The notes under the pieces: generated by a model
Seen by the model: only the letters and a program-made list of their open reading frames with translations
Databases searched by the model: none
What the model was told of the DNA's origin: nothing
In this document: positions 37,047 to 49,515 of the stretch, piece by piece
Layout of the letters: every line of letters begins with the position of its first letter
Numbering within the stretch: the first letter of the stretch is position 1
NCBI GenBank assembly: GCA_034780895.1
Contig: JAUZTB010000001.1
Location: 52,933,880 to 52,993,389 of the forward strand
DNA: 59,510 nt
Origin: Rhynchobatus australiae
Lineage: Eukaryota
Direction of reading: 5' to 3'
Position numbers and translations under genes: made by a program

Positions 37047-39904
37047 ATCTATCAGTGCACATTGAAACTGAATAGAACTTAAGTAAAATTAATGTAAATA
37101 TTGAATGCTCTGATTTCATCATAACTATTGGTGCTTTGGAGCATATACCCATGTTATACAATCTTATATGTATGAGAACACATTAAGAATTCCAGGATGT
37201 GCACCTTTCTACATCCAGGTTCCCTGACCTGCATTGACTCAGTAAAGCAAGTTTCAATTTTAAAATTCTTATCCTTGATCCCTAAGGCCTCTTCCTGTCT
37301 TATCTCTGAAAACTCTTTCCNNNNNNNNNNCAACCTCCAAGATATTTTCCCTCCTTCAATTTTGACCATTTGACTATTGCCAGTTTTATTTGTTCATTTA
37401 TTTTAATTTATTTACTCCCGACACCTTCAAATGTTCAGACTGTAAACTTTAGAGTTTTGTCAGTACATCCCGTGATACTCCACCTCTCCTCCCTTCTTTA
37501 AAATGCTCCTTTAAGCTTAGCTCTCTCACCAAGCACAGTCACATTTTCTAGCATTTCCTTCTGTGGTTTACTGTCAAATTATAATCAATAACATTAGTAT
37601 GAAGCACCTTGGGCCATATTACTACATTAAAGATGCTACACAAATCATCCAGCTATAGATGGTTATGGATGGCTGTAACCATGCATTGTTTAATGTAACT
37701 TATAACAGCACCAACAAGATCTCATGTACTTGCAGTAAAGAATAATGATCCAATGTGTTAGATTATGGCTATTTAATTCTGGGACTTCATACAGCTGTAC
37801 TGAAAACAAATGAATGATATTCCACTGGTCAACCCAAATACTAATGTTCAGGAGTCCAAAGTGTAAAACCACCCATTTAACCTGACACTCACCTCCTCAA
37901 TCCTGGCTGATCTGCTCCAGGTATCAACTCCTCTTCTGTGCCAGTTCCACATAGCCCTCAAGACCCCTTTACCTCCAGTAATCCAGCCTCCATAACTCTC
38001 TTGGGCACAGAAATCCAGATATTCATCATCCTTTGTGAGAAGAAATTCCAGTGCATCTCAGCTTTAAAAGATTGCCCTTCTAACTATGTCCCCTTGTTCA
38101 AGACTAAGATATTTTTTCAGGGGTTGAAACAATATTGGGGGTTGTGCAAGTTTTATCTAGCATCTAGGCTGTGCTGTGTTATTTGATGCTACCACAAGGT
38201 TCCGAAGTTAGAAATAAAATTGCAATTTTTGACCATACAAAGCTGAAGAAAAAAAGTGTGACTTTGAAAGGACAAAGCCTCAGCTATTCTGTTTCCTTCT
38301 CTTTACTGAGAAAAAGAATGCACACTAGATTATTGACATGTGCAGATTTTGTCAGTGCATACATAGATGGATACATAGTTTTATGAAAGGATAAAGTTCT
38401 GTCTATTAATATGATTAAACTAATTTTGTAAAATCCACTGCAGCTGAGATAACAGACAGATAACCTGTTTCCAGGCAGTGCCAATGTTTCCCTGTAAATA
38501 GCTGCCAAAAGTTATCTGAGAATGCTGAAGGTTAGTTTGGTCTCCAATTTTATGTGTCCCTTAGGAGAAATGTGCTTTCCACCAGTTGGCACCTCACCAA
38601 ACTAGCCAGCTGAGATTACAAACTCAATATGGAGAAGTGAGATGGAAGTTTTAAGGTGGTCAGTAAATGATTTCCAAAAGAGCCAATACTCTATGTTACC
38701 TGTGTTACATGTTTACAACCCAAGTAGAAGACAATTATGTCTATAATTTAAATGTTTTCTCAACACATTTTCTCCTGGGAATTCTAAGTTATGAATTTTA
38801 AGTTTAAGTGATTGGAAATATTTCATTCTCTTAACCTGAAACTGGAAATAACAGGTGTGAACAAACAGGTTTAGTAAGTTGTATTACTAAGAGTAAATAT
38901 GAGTATTGTTTTGAACACCCCAGCAAACCGAAATAAAATTACAGAGCAAACATTTCCTCTAAAACCCAATCTACATCTCAAATTTTAACGGGCATGCTCT
39001 TAAGAAGGTATTTACAATATTTCCATATCAATAGATTCACTTACAGAGAAATGTAACTTTCATTATTAGCTTCCCAACAGGTTCAACATAACTTCATCTC
39101 ATAACACACATTGCTAACTGCTCTCTTTATTGAATCATGCAGTAATGCAACACAGAAGGGGACCATTTGGCCCGTCAAGTCTGTGCACCTTTTGCAAAGA
39201 ACAATCCAATTATTCCCACTCTTCCATTCTTTAACACATACCCACAATATTTTCACCAATGTGTCTCCACTTCCCCCTCAAGTGCTACCATTGAATATCC
39301 AAATATCCAAAATGTCAACAGACAATGTATTCAAATTTTAACCATTCATGCAAAGAATGTTTATCCTCATATTGCCTCTGGTCTTTTTCCCAATCCCTTC
39401 AATTTGTGTCCTCTTGTTATCAGCCCTTAGGTCACTGGAAATGGTTTATTTTTACTTGTCTATTTAAAACCATCGCGGTTTTAAATACCTCCATCACATC
39501 TGGCCATCCCTGCTCCAAGAATAACCCCAGTTGTCCACTCCATCTATATAATTTTAACCTCTCATCCCTAGAACCATTTGACTAACTCCCTTCTGTACAG
39601 CCTCCAAAACCTACTTCAGTTACCAGAAGATTTTATTCACAACTCCCACATGGATACATAACTTGTATTAAAGTACATTAGTGTAGCACTCTTGGAAGCA
39701 GAAATAAAAGATTCACGATTATTTTATATGTGTTAATAGCAATTATCCCCTCTAAGGTCTAATAAAAGAACAGAAATGCATTTAACAACCTCGCAACATG
39801 TCTAAATTTAGCAACCGTTTTCACTTACCTTCTTCAATTATGCCAGTAATGCACTTAGCAATGCTAAGCACCAAACCTGATAGTCCTCAGATGCCTTTCC
39901 TTTT

Positions 39905-40545
39905 TCAGGGCACCACGTGAGGGCAGTCGATGGGCAGCAACGCACGCAGCAGATAGGACGCCACCACCTACACTGGACGCCACCCACTGGGAGCACGTGG
40001 CCCCAGTGAGTGGCCTGGGAGTCGGCGCGCGCTGATGCCGAGCTGGCAATGGCCAGCGGGCGCTGGCGACCCCCGGGCGAGAGGGGGGGTCGCTCCCACC
40101 TCCCGCCCCTCCACATGCACACACACATCACCCACCCACCCACCCAACCAACCACGGGCGCGCGCCAGCGGGGTGTGCGCGCCAGGCCTGTCACCCGGCC
40201 AGGTGGCGGGCTGCCGCCTGCAGGCGCCTGTGCTTGGGGCGGGCGGGCGGGGAGGGAGGGGCGAGGGGGGAGAAGGGGCCGGCGGCTGCCTTTGCCCCGA
40301 CCAGGGGAGCAGTCGCTTTGATGACCAGAATGGTATCGCAGGCAGGGCGTTGTGCGCTGTTGGGCACAAACACCCGCGTGCCGCGCTGCCTGCAACACGA
40401 CGGCAATAGCGAGGGATGATCATTCTGCTGGCCGAGTGTGAGTACGTTTCTTCAAAGTTTTATTTTTAGGTCACGGAATCATTCCTGCCAGGGTCGGGCA
40501 CGGCGCGCTCCCTGTTTGCGCGGGCGAGGATCACGTCCGAAAGGG
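39905..40545. promoter_or_regulatory. CpG island with GC boxes, two CACGTG E-boxes and CTCF-like motifs
   Basis: Abrupt GC/CpG-rich block in an AT-rich background; GGGGCGGGCGGGCGGGG at about 40236-40252; CACGTG at 39914 and 39994. Confidence 0.8.
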
Positions 40546-41312
40546 ACACATTATTTTTAAGGAAGGAAAAGTGGCGACTGTTTGATGTAACATTGATACA
40601 CATTCAGAAGGATAGTAGCCGATAGCATTGGAAAGTGGTAACATTTACGCGAAAGAAGGTGAACAATATATTCTGAGAGTTCGATTTTTTTTGTGTGTGA
40701 AAGATATAGAAAGACACGGGGACTACTTGAATAGGACTGAACTGATTAGTACCTTGTGAAGTTGTGGTGACAGGGACGATGAATGCTTCCAAATCTGAAA
40801 AGCGTTTAATAGTTGTTTGTCATTGGACAACTGAAGATCTGGCGTCTTCGTATTGGTTTCCTTCAGTGTATACAACGCAATCTATGGATGCATATGAAAT
40901 GCTATTTTTTTCAAACGTTTAATGATGAAACCATTGCAGTTTGTTCATGACATTTTGCCACATGTTTGTTGTTTCTGAAACGTTCCGTGAACATCTTGAA
41001 ACCTTACAATCACTTGGGCTAATAGAACTGGTGGTAAATGTTGGGATTTAAGTTAGCCCAATAGGAGTAGATAATTGCTGATAACCCTTTGACCCATTGC
41101 CCCATTCAGTGATGGCAGTGGGTCAGTGGGTTATCAATGTTGTCAAATCTTCTGTTACATGGAGGAAGGGTTGATGGTGTTGATATATTTTGCTTCAGTG
41201 TGAGTTGCTATTATGGCTCTTCCTTATATTTGGGGATCACTAACTGCATACAGAAAGCTATCGAATTGCTTAATCTTTTCAATGCGCATACCAGTTTAGC
41301 AGTTAATCTCAG

Positions 41313-41561
41313 TAGGGTTGCCAGTTCTGGTCGAATAAATTCCTGGAGTTTTATCACCGGACCATCCCCTTCCATCACCAGGTCCAAACGACCTTTTCCT
41401 CCACCTCCAATATTTTTAGAACTAATAAGAGAAAGTGATTAATGAAATTAGGGAAGGGGGGGGGAACATGATGTATTGTTTGCTTCCCTCTGGTTTGCTG
41501 ATAGCAATGGCCAGAGGAGTTATTCTTCGAGACCAAGACAATTCTGCAGGTTGGCAACCCT
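41313..41561. mobile_element. Non-autonomous hAT (Blackjack-type) MITE
   Basis: Terminal inverted repeats AGGGTTGCCA (41314-41323) and TGGCAACCCT (41552-41561); no clear TSD remains. Confidence 0.6.
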
Positions 41562-42462
41562 CTCTACGAGCGCACTTCGTAAGCAATGTAAACATTACAG
41601 AACGGGTATTTTTGAATCTCTTTATGCTGTCTCCTGGTTTAAATTGCCAATTCTGAAGACTATAATCGCCATTGAATGCTTCTCCGTAATTACTGTAATC
41701 GTTTATTGCCTGACTAACAGCATGAAGTGAGACACTAATTAAAACGAACATCAACTTTATCACTTGATAACCTCTGGTGTAAATTAATACTTTTGTCATT
41801 AATGTAGCACAACATTATCATAAATCTAGGATGTGGTTACCATCTTATTGTACTCGTACCCTAGAAGTATGCTTAGATTCAAATCCCTTTTCTGTCTTCC
41901 AAAAAATGTACATAAAATCAGTTTGTATATTGGGCGAATTATGTGGTTGTTGGTCTACTTTGCGTATGTTAATGCAAATTTACTGTTGATAGTTATGTTG
42001 ATGGATATGTGACAGCAGATTGAGCGGTGCCCAGGCAATTTAATCAGAGTTTCTACTGAGAATGAATGAAGAGAAAGAGGTGGAACTGTTGTGAGCAATT
42101 ATTGAACAACACCCTCGTTATTCATACAATTGATCTTCCATACAGTATTTGGAAGTATATTTTCAAATAAAATCAAAATATCTCGCAAAATAATAAGTTT
42201 TAAAGTTGTATATTTAATAAAATAATTGCTTTTAATGTGAATGATATAATGACCCGAGCCGAATAATGTACAAAGTTGATTCTGTACAATATCTTATTCT
42301 TCATGAGTCTCTATTCTGCCATCAACCACTGCTTCTTGGACTTCAAGAAATGAGATCGCCGCGCCAGTGCGCCCATTGCAATTCCGTTATGTTCATAATC
42401 CGCACAATTTATCAGCTCCTTTCCTTTATACTGTTTTCTCTAGTGTATCTTCTCTCGTGTAT

Positions 42463-42498
42463 TTTATTTGAGATACAGCAAAAGCAAGCACCTTTATT
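42463..42498 (-). terminator. MSTN: Tandem AATAAA polyadenylation signals of MSTN
   Basis: TTTATT on the plus strand at 42493-42498 and 42463-42468, about 950 nt downstream of the stop codon. Confidence 0.65.
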
Positions 42499-43443
42499 CA
42501 CTGAGCACGTAACGTAAGTTGTATCAAATTTTGCTCTTCGTAGACATGTTATATCATATCAACCGTGGAAAAAAAATGAAAAGAAAAAGAACATTTACAA
42601 AATGAATGTCATGAACACATTATTCAACGAACAAAGCAGTCATATCAAATTCAGTTTTTACAACTTCGTAGCAACCAATTCAGTTCTCTCTATTGGCTTG
42701 CCATAGTGCAAACTGTAGCGTTGCCAAGGCAGAATTCAAACAGGGTCTTAACTCTTAACAGACTTGTGGTTTTCCTGTGTCTTTTGCCTTAAACATTGTC
42801 CACAGACATAGTGCTTCTGTTAGCTTCGAAAGACAGTCCATCTTTCCCGTAATGCCAATGCATAAAATTCAAGTTTAGAGTAGTTCAGACGACTTGATAA
42901 TGTAAATGCTCTGTTTATCTGAACCAAGAGTTAAATATTGAAGTCGAACGTTATTATCTGTTGCAAATACACGAATACAGTTTATATATTGGTTGATGAT
43001 CAGGTAACACTCTGCGGAGTGAAGTGTCAAGTCTATGTCAGAAAACTTCTGAACTCGTTTTAAACACATGCAATGACATTTTTTTCTATACACTGGAAAC
43101 GCCTTATACCTTTAATTAATTCGTCAAATTTGGAATTGAAAATTGTTCGCGCATATTCAGATTTGGATGGTTTTATATGGGATGTTGTGGCCTTGCTAGC
43201 AATGTATACTCGCTCCTCTATTTTGAAATGGAATAGTGGACCGGACCGTTGAATTCATTGGGTGTTTCGGAATCTCGCTGTTCTTGTTCGGCCCTTGTTA
43301 TTCATTTCTTTTGGGGGAGCATACACAAATACAATCTCTTCTTTGCCTATTGCACAGTACTGGGTGATGCAGAAAATCGTTGGCACGACCGTATTTCGCA
43401 CGTCCAGTTGTAGGGACGCATCCTCCTGTCTTTTTGGTCGTTC
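42475..43443 (-). other. MSTN: MSTN 3'UTR (inferred extent)
   Basis: Lies between the TGA stop (43444-43446) and the AATAAA pair; no repeats recognised. Confidence 0.6.
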
Positions 43444-44106
<663 letters not shown>

Positions 44107-47006
44107 TTACTCGCACGCTGACAATATTTTAATGCCTGTTAAGACGTTATTTGCGTACAGGACGTAAGACTTTTTGTAAGTTGAATTAAGTCTTGATTAT
44201 TGTATTATTTGATTCCCAAACTTTTCTTCTACATCTGGCAAAATCTTTCTGTTTCTGTTGATTTGGGTGCTGGTGCCCCTAATCTCAACCACCTCTTTAA
44301 ATCTTTAGAACAGAACATCTATTTCCCTGCTTTTAAAAAAATGGATACATTGATACCATTAATCTTGTCTTCCATAACTCTGTAGGAACGCATAAAGGCT
44401 AAAAAGAGTAGGAAGAAGGACTCTCCTTATTTGGACCAACCTCTGGCCAAAACGAATTGGAGATCTACAAGAATACTACTCTCGTTTACTTTACAAATAA
44501 TTCGGAAAGTTAGAAAACAAATGTTCTATGCTGAATATTTACATTATTGGACTGTTAGGTAGAGATTAGTACATTTTCATTCAATTTATTAGCTCCCCGC
44601 CCCGTCCTTTTCAGAGTAACTTTTATTCGTCAAGTTGAATTCTGAAAAGGCCATTTGACTTTTAAACATTGTTCAAGGTGTGTCCACTCTACACATTTGT
44701 TTTTATAAATGTGGGGAGAAATAGATCAACAGTTCATGGGATCCATCGTTCATATTACGCCATCGCCGGATGGAAGAGGATGTGAAAAAATGAGCATTTT
44801 TAAAACACTGTGCATATTGCATTTTGAAAGTCGCATTTTTTTTTAAGGAACTAAAATATGTCCCCGGTCCTCTCTCAAAACAAACGAAATCAGTTTGTAG
44901 ATATCATAATTGGACGGAAGACAATTCTGATCCAAGCTCTTGCAGAACAAGGGTAACCGAAATATTTTCATCGTTTTACTCCTTAAAATCTCATCCTATC
45001 TTACTGCGCAGATCCTTTGGCTACGAAGAATCGCTTATTCAATACGGTTGTAGTCATTTTAAAATTAAATTGAGCGCCCTCACTTGGACAATTTCCTGTC
45101 CAGATAATAAATGTCTCCCGGTTCCTGGAGTGTCGTAGTTTGTGATGTCATTGGAAACCCTTCCTGTGAACCATAAGCAGATGCTCCTACCCCTCCAGAA
45201 CGACGCGAGAGGTCATGTAGACGCATAAATGGGAAACTTTTAGAGTTTTCTTCTGAGTACGAATGTGGCATTTAATAACCTATCATGAATGTTAGTGTTA
45301 TGGTGTGGGAGGACAATCCTGTATTAAATACCCATCATGATGCAAGAAAACCAAATCATTTTTAAGTTTGNNNNNNNNNNNNNNNNNNNNNNNNNNNNNN
45401 NNNNNNNNNNNNNNNNNNNNNNNNNNNNNNNNNNNNNNNNNNNNNNNNNNNNNNNNNNNNNNNNNNNNNNNNNNNNNNNNNNNNNNNNNNNNNNNNNNNN
45501 NNNNNNNNNNNNNNNNNNNNNNNNNNNNNNNNNNNNNNNNNNNNNNNNNNNNNNNNNNNNNNNNNNNNNNNNNNNNNNNNNNNNNNNNNNNNNNNNNNNN
45601 NNNNNNNNNNNNNNNNNNNNNNNNNNNNATTCAAACGCACAATGCTCTTTTAATATCTATTTTAGTTTCTTTTCCTCTCGCGTGTGTTTTGTTGCTTAAA
45701 CAGTTCAGTGCTCAAAGCAATCTTCTTGTGCCATTGCAGTGAAACAGCATGAATTCCGTCCCAAATTATGTTTGCCAAGTGCAGATGGAAAACTGGAAAC
45801 TCTACAGTTCACATTGTTTATGTCATGTTAATGCTGGCAAATGCATTTTAATAATAAATCGGAATCATTTTATAACAAGTCAGCACTAAACAGAGTAAAA
45901 TGTTTTTTTTCTCCATGTCAGTTACAATAAGAAGGTACTTTCTGTGACGTCGATGGATTAAAAAACATACATTGTTGAAGTCTTCAACATTTTGCAATAG
46001 TTTACACGTTTTTAAAATAGTTGACCAAATGTATTCAAAAGGACTAAATCTATATTTGTTCACCCTGCCAAATATACACTCAGACTCGTATTGTGTCCTG
46101 TTTGTGTTACTTTCCATCGTAGGAAGGGGGTATCTTTTTGTTGGGTGTGGGTTGGGATTGGTGGGGGGGTGGGGGGAGGGCGCGGAGAGAGTACTTTTTT
46201 CTCAATACAGGNNNNNNNNNNNNNNNNNNNNNNNNNNNNNNNNNNNNNNNNNNNNNNNNNNNNNNNNNNNNNNNNNNNNNNNNNNNNNNNNNNNNNNNNN
46301 NNNNNNNNNNNNNNNNNNNNNNNNNNNNNNNNNNNNNNNNNNNNNNNNNNNNNNNNNNNNNNNNNNNNNNNNNNNNNNNNNNNNNNNNNNNNNNNNNNNN
46401 NNNNNNNNNNNNNNNNNNNNNNNNNNNNNNNNNNNNNNNNNNNNNNNNNNNNNNNNNNNNNNNNNNNNNNNNNNNNNNNNNNNNNNNNNNNNNNNNNNNN
46501 NNNNNNNNNNNNNNNNNNNNNNNNNNNNNNNNNNNNNNNNNNNNNNNNNNNNNNNNNNNNNNNNNNNNNNNNNNNNNNNNNNNNNNNNNNNNNNNNNNNN
46601 NNNNNNNNNNNNNNNNNNNNNNNNNNNNNNNNNNNNNNNNNNNNNNNNNNNNNNNNNNNNNNNNNNNNNNNNNNNNNNNNNNNNNNNNNNNNNNNNNNNN
46701 NNNNNNNNNNNNNNNNNNNNNNNNNNNNNNNNNNNNNNNNNNNNNNNNNNNNNNNNNNNNNNNNNNNNNNNNNNNNNNNNNNNNNNNNNNNNNNNNNNNN
46801 NNNNNNNNNNNNNNNNNNNNNNNNNNNNNNNNNNNNNNNNNNNNNNNNNNNNNNNNNNNNNNNNNNNNNNNNNNNNNNNNNNNNNNNNNNNNNNNNNNNN
46901 NNNNNNNNNNNNNNNNNNNNNNNNNNNNNNNNNNNNNNNNNNNNNNNNNNNNNNNNNNNNNNNNNNNNNNNNNNNNNNNNNNNNNNNNNNNNNNNNNNNN
47001 NNNNNN

Positions 47007-47368
47007 CCCCACTCCTGGGGAGGTGACAGCCAGGTCGAGTCCGTTGATATCAGATGCATTGATTTGGATGCCCCAGTTCGATTCAGGTTGTTTGAGCCAA
47101 TTTTGTAGTACGCGTTTGAAGTCTATACTTTGCCAATGGCCAGTGCCGGAGTTAATGTCGAATTTTAAAGAGCGAATTGGTGTGTGATTCGTCCATTCCT
47201 GCCCCACTGGCTTTAGTCGTAGAATCTGCATAAAAACCGTTGTGGTTTGTTTCACTGGCCGCAGGTATATCCAGAGATGGGCTTTGACTACTTTATTGAA
47301 CTGCATTTTGGGGCTGATCTTGAAGGAACAACATTTCGGTTTGTCATCGACTTGGACACTAGGTTCAG
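47007..47368 (-). CDS. MSTN: Myostatin/GDF8 exon 2 (prodomain); last ~4 codons and donor lie in the N-gap
   Basis: Acceptor ttttttaaAG|CT at 47368, phase 1, compatible with exon 1; KPKCCSFK...[11 protein letters not shown]...IRSLK...[23 protein letters not shown]...[10 protein letters not shown] runs into gap 46212-47006. Confidence 0.95.
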
Positions 47369-48865
47369 CTTTAAAAAAGTTTAAATAATACATGTGAATG
47401 ATGTTACTTTATCCTTTTCTTCAACTATTAATTTTTTTAAAATCAACTATACATAACAAATTACATACACTGAAAGAGAAAGATATTATTTTGCCGTCAC
47501 TTTTTAAGAGTAATGAAAGGAGTTAAGGTCACAGGCAGAATTTTTTAACAGTAATTCGGATTTAGGGAAACGCACTCGCTTGAAAAAAAAAGCCATTGGT
47601 ACGATACTGCCTTAAAAATAGAATCAATGTATAGGTGAAAAAACATGCTTATGGTGAAATATTTATTTGCAGCTGAACTGTGTGGAAAAACTGGCAACAT
47701 TAACACTTCTCACTTGCAGCATGGTAATTATTACTTGGGAGAAGATCTGTGTGTCCCCTTGACCATTCTTTCTCTAATATAAACACTTTGAGAGAGCTCC
47801 ACCATAAATTGGTCTCAATCTTATCTTTCTGACTACATATCAATCGTCCAATTTTTGCAGATGTAGCATTTAGTATCCAACGCAGGCTGACAGAGCACTT
47901 AGGCAGCTGCAGTTACCCGTCACATGCTTTGCAGTTAAAATGACCCTAATGACACACTGAGGTCATGACACCATTTGCTAGTAGCTATTAAGTTATTCCT
48001 CTACAATGAACACTNNNNNNNNNNNNNNNNNNNNNNNNNNNNNNNNNNNNNNNNNNNNNNNNNNNNNNNNNNNNNNNNNNNNNNNNNNNNNNNNNNNNNN
48101 NNNNNNNNNNNNNNNNNNNNNNNNNNNNNNNAGCTTTAAGTTGGAATATAAATTGTTCAAATACGTAATTAAAAGTTCTTTCTGAAAGCTCGCGTAATCC
48201 TCATTAGTTACATTCATTTGTTTCACGGCAATAGCTTCTGGGACAGTTTGCAAGGGCCTAACTCAGCTAAGGTTCACAGGGTCACCTAGAGTGAATAATA
48301 ATTTCTCCTCAACGAAAATATAATTTGATAGAACAAATTTAGTTTTGCGTTGATTGCTCATAAAAATGGTGCTTTTATAGTCCTAGGTTATAAACATGGT
48401 TTCCTAAGTTTCAGGTGTACAGGAAATATAAACTGTTGCTAGTTAAGATGTCCTTGCTTAAACTCCAACAGAGCGTGTTTGTGAATTCTTCTGAACAGCT
48501 ATAATGTGGACAAATAAAGATTCTTTTTTCCTTAAAGTTTACACTTCTCGTTAAGTGAGTTACGACCTTAGTATGTTGGTGCGTATTGTAAAGGAAAGGG
48601 AAGCCTTTTGAAACAGAATAGATGAAAAGATCACAATGAGGTCGCGATTTCCATGGCTAATAAAATCTTTGTCGAGCCGTTTGCTTTAAGTGCAACTCAC
48701 ATAATAACCTACAACCAGTGATATTAGTCTATCAATTGAGAGAAAAAAAGGTGTAAACATTATGGCAGCACACAAATTGAAATGTTGTATTACATCAGTC
48801 GTTATCTACAGAAAATAGTTAGTTTACTGCTGAAATGTTACTTATAATTATACTGGCCTACTTAC

Positions 48866-49271
48866 GCTCCGTGGCCATGGTGATGAGAGTTTCGGTGGTA
48901 GCATGATAATCGTCCTCTTCTAATAAGGCATCATTATTATCATCCCCTTGGATATCATATTGATCAAGTAGCCGTTGCAGAGGAGGAGCTTTCGGTAAAA
49001 GTTGGTTCACTGTATCCCGACTAATGTTGGGTGCTTCTTTGAGGCGCAGTTTGCTCAGAATTTGCGATTTGATAGACTCCAGTCTCAGTGCTTTATTCTC
49101 CTTCCTCCACCTACAAGCTGAACACTCGGACACGTTATAGTCACTATCTGGCCCTTTTTCTAGCGATTCCGTCTTAATATCTGTCAGATTCGCGTGCGCA
49201 CCATCTCTGCCACCTACTCGAGCAAGTGCACCAAAGAGAGCCAGGTAAATGAGCACTTGTGATGCTTGCAT
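48866..49271 (-). CDS. MSTN: Myostatin/GDF8 exon 1 (signal peptide, latency region, Tolloid site)
   Basis: ATG at 49271; hydrophobic leader; CSACRWR...LRLESIKSQILSKLRLKEAPNIS...LLPKAPPL...DQYDIQGDD...DDYHATTETLITMATE; donor GAGC|GTAAGT after 48866 (phase 1). Confidence 0.96.
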
Positions 49272-49369
49272 GTTCCCAAGTCTTTTGCTGGATCCTCTTC
49301 CGTCTCCAGTTAAAAGTGTGTTAGAGGCTGGTGGGCTGGGATATGGCCAAGCGCACTGGTAAATCTCAT

Positions 49370-49515
49370 ATATTCCAACACGGCTTTTTATACTACAACT
49401 TTGGCCACACTATTGTGTCGTAAAAATCAACGATTGGCTGCTGTGCCAACAAAGAATCTAGCTGTCAGAACTGAGATCTTTCTCTGTCACTCACAGCCAA
49501 CGCAGCGTCATTATT
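49370..49515 (-). promoter_or_regulatory. MSTN: MSTN core promoter: CRE half-site, 2x TGACAG (MEIS/TALE), CCAAT (NF-Y), TATA
   Basis: Minus strand: TGACG 49506-49510, TGACAG 49484-49489 and 49462-49467, AGCCAATC (CCAAT 49433-49437), ACGACAC, AAAGTTG, TATAAAAA 49385-49392 followed by GCC..TTGGAATA; same order as the vertebrate MSTN minimal promoter as I recall it. Confidence 0.88.

Noticed and set aside
39838-40423. Several overlapping 100-186 aa ORFs on both strands
   Set aside because: Low-complexity Pro/Arg/Gly/Ala translations expected from stop-poor GC-rich DNA; no recognisable domain.
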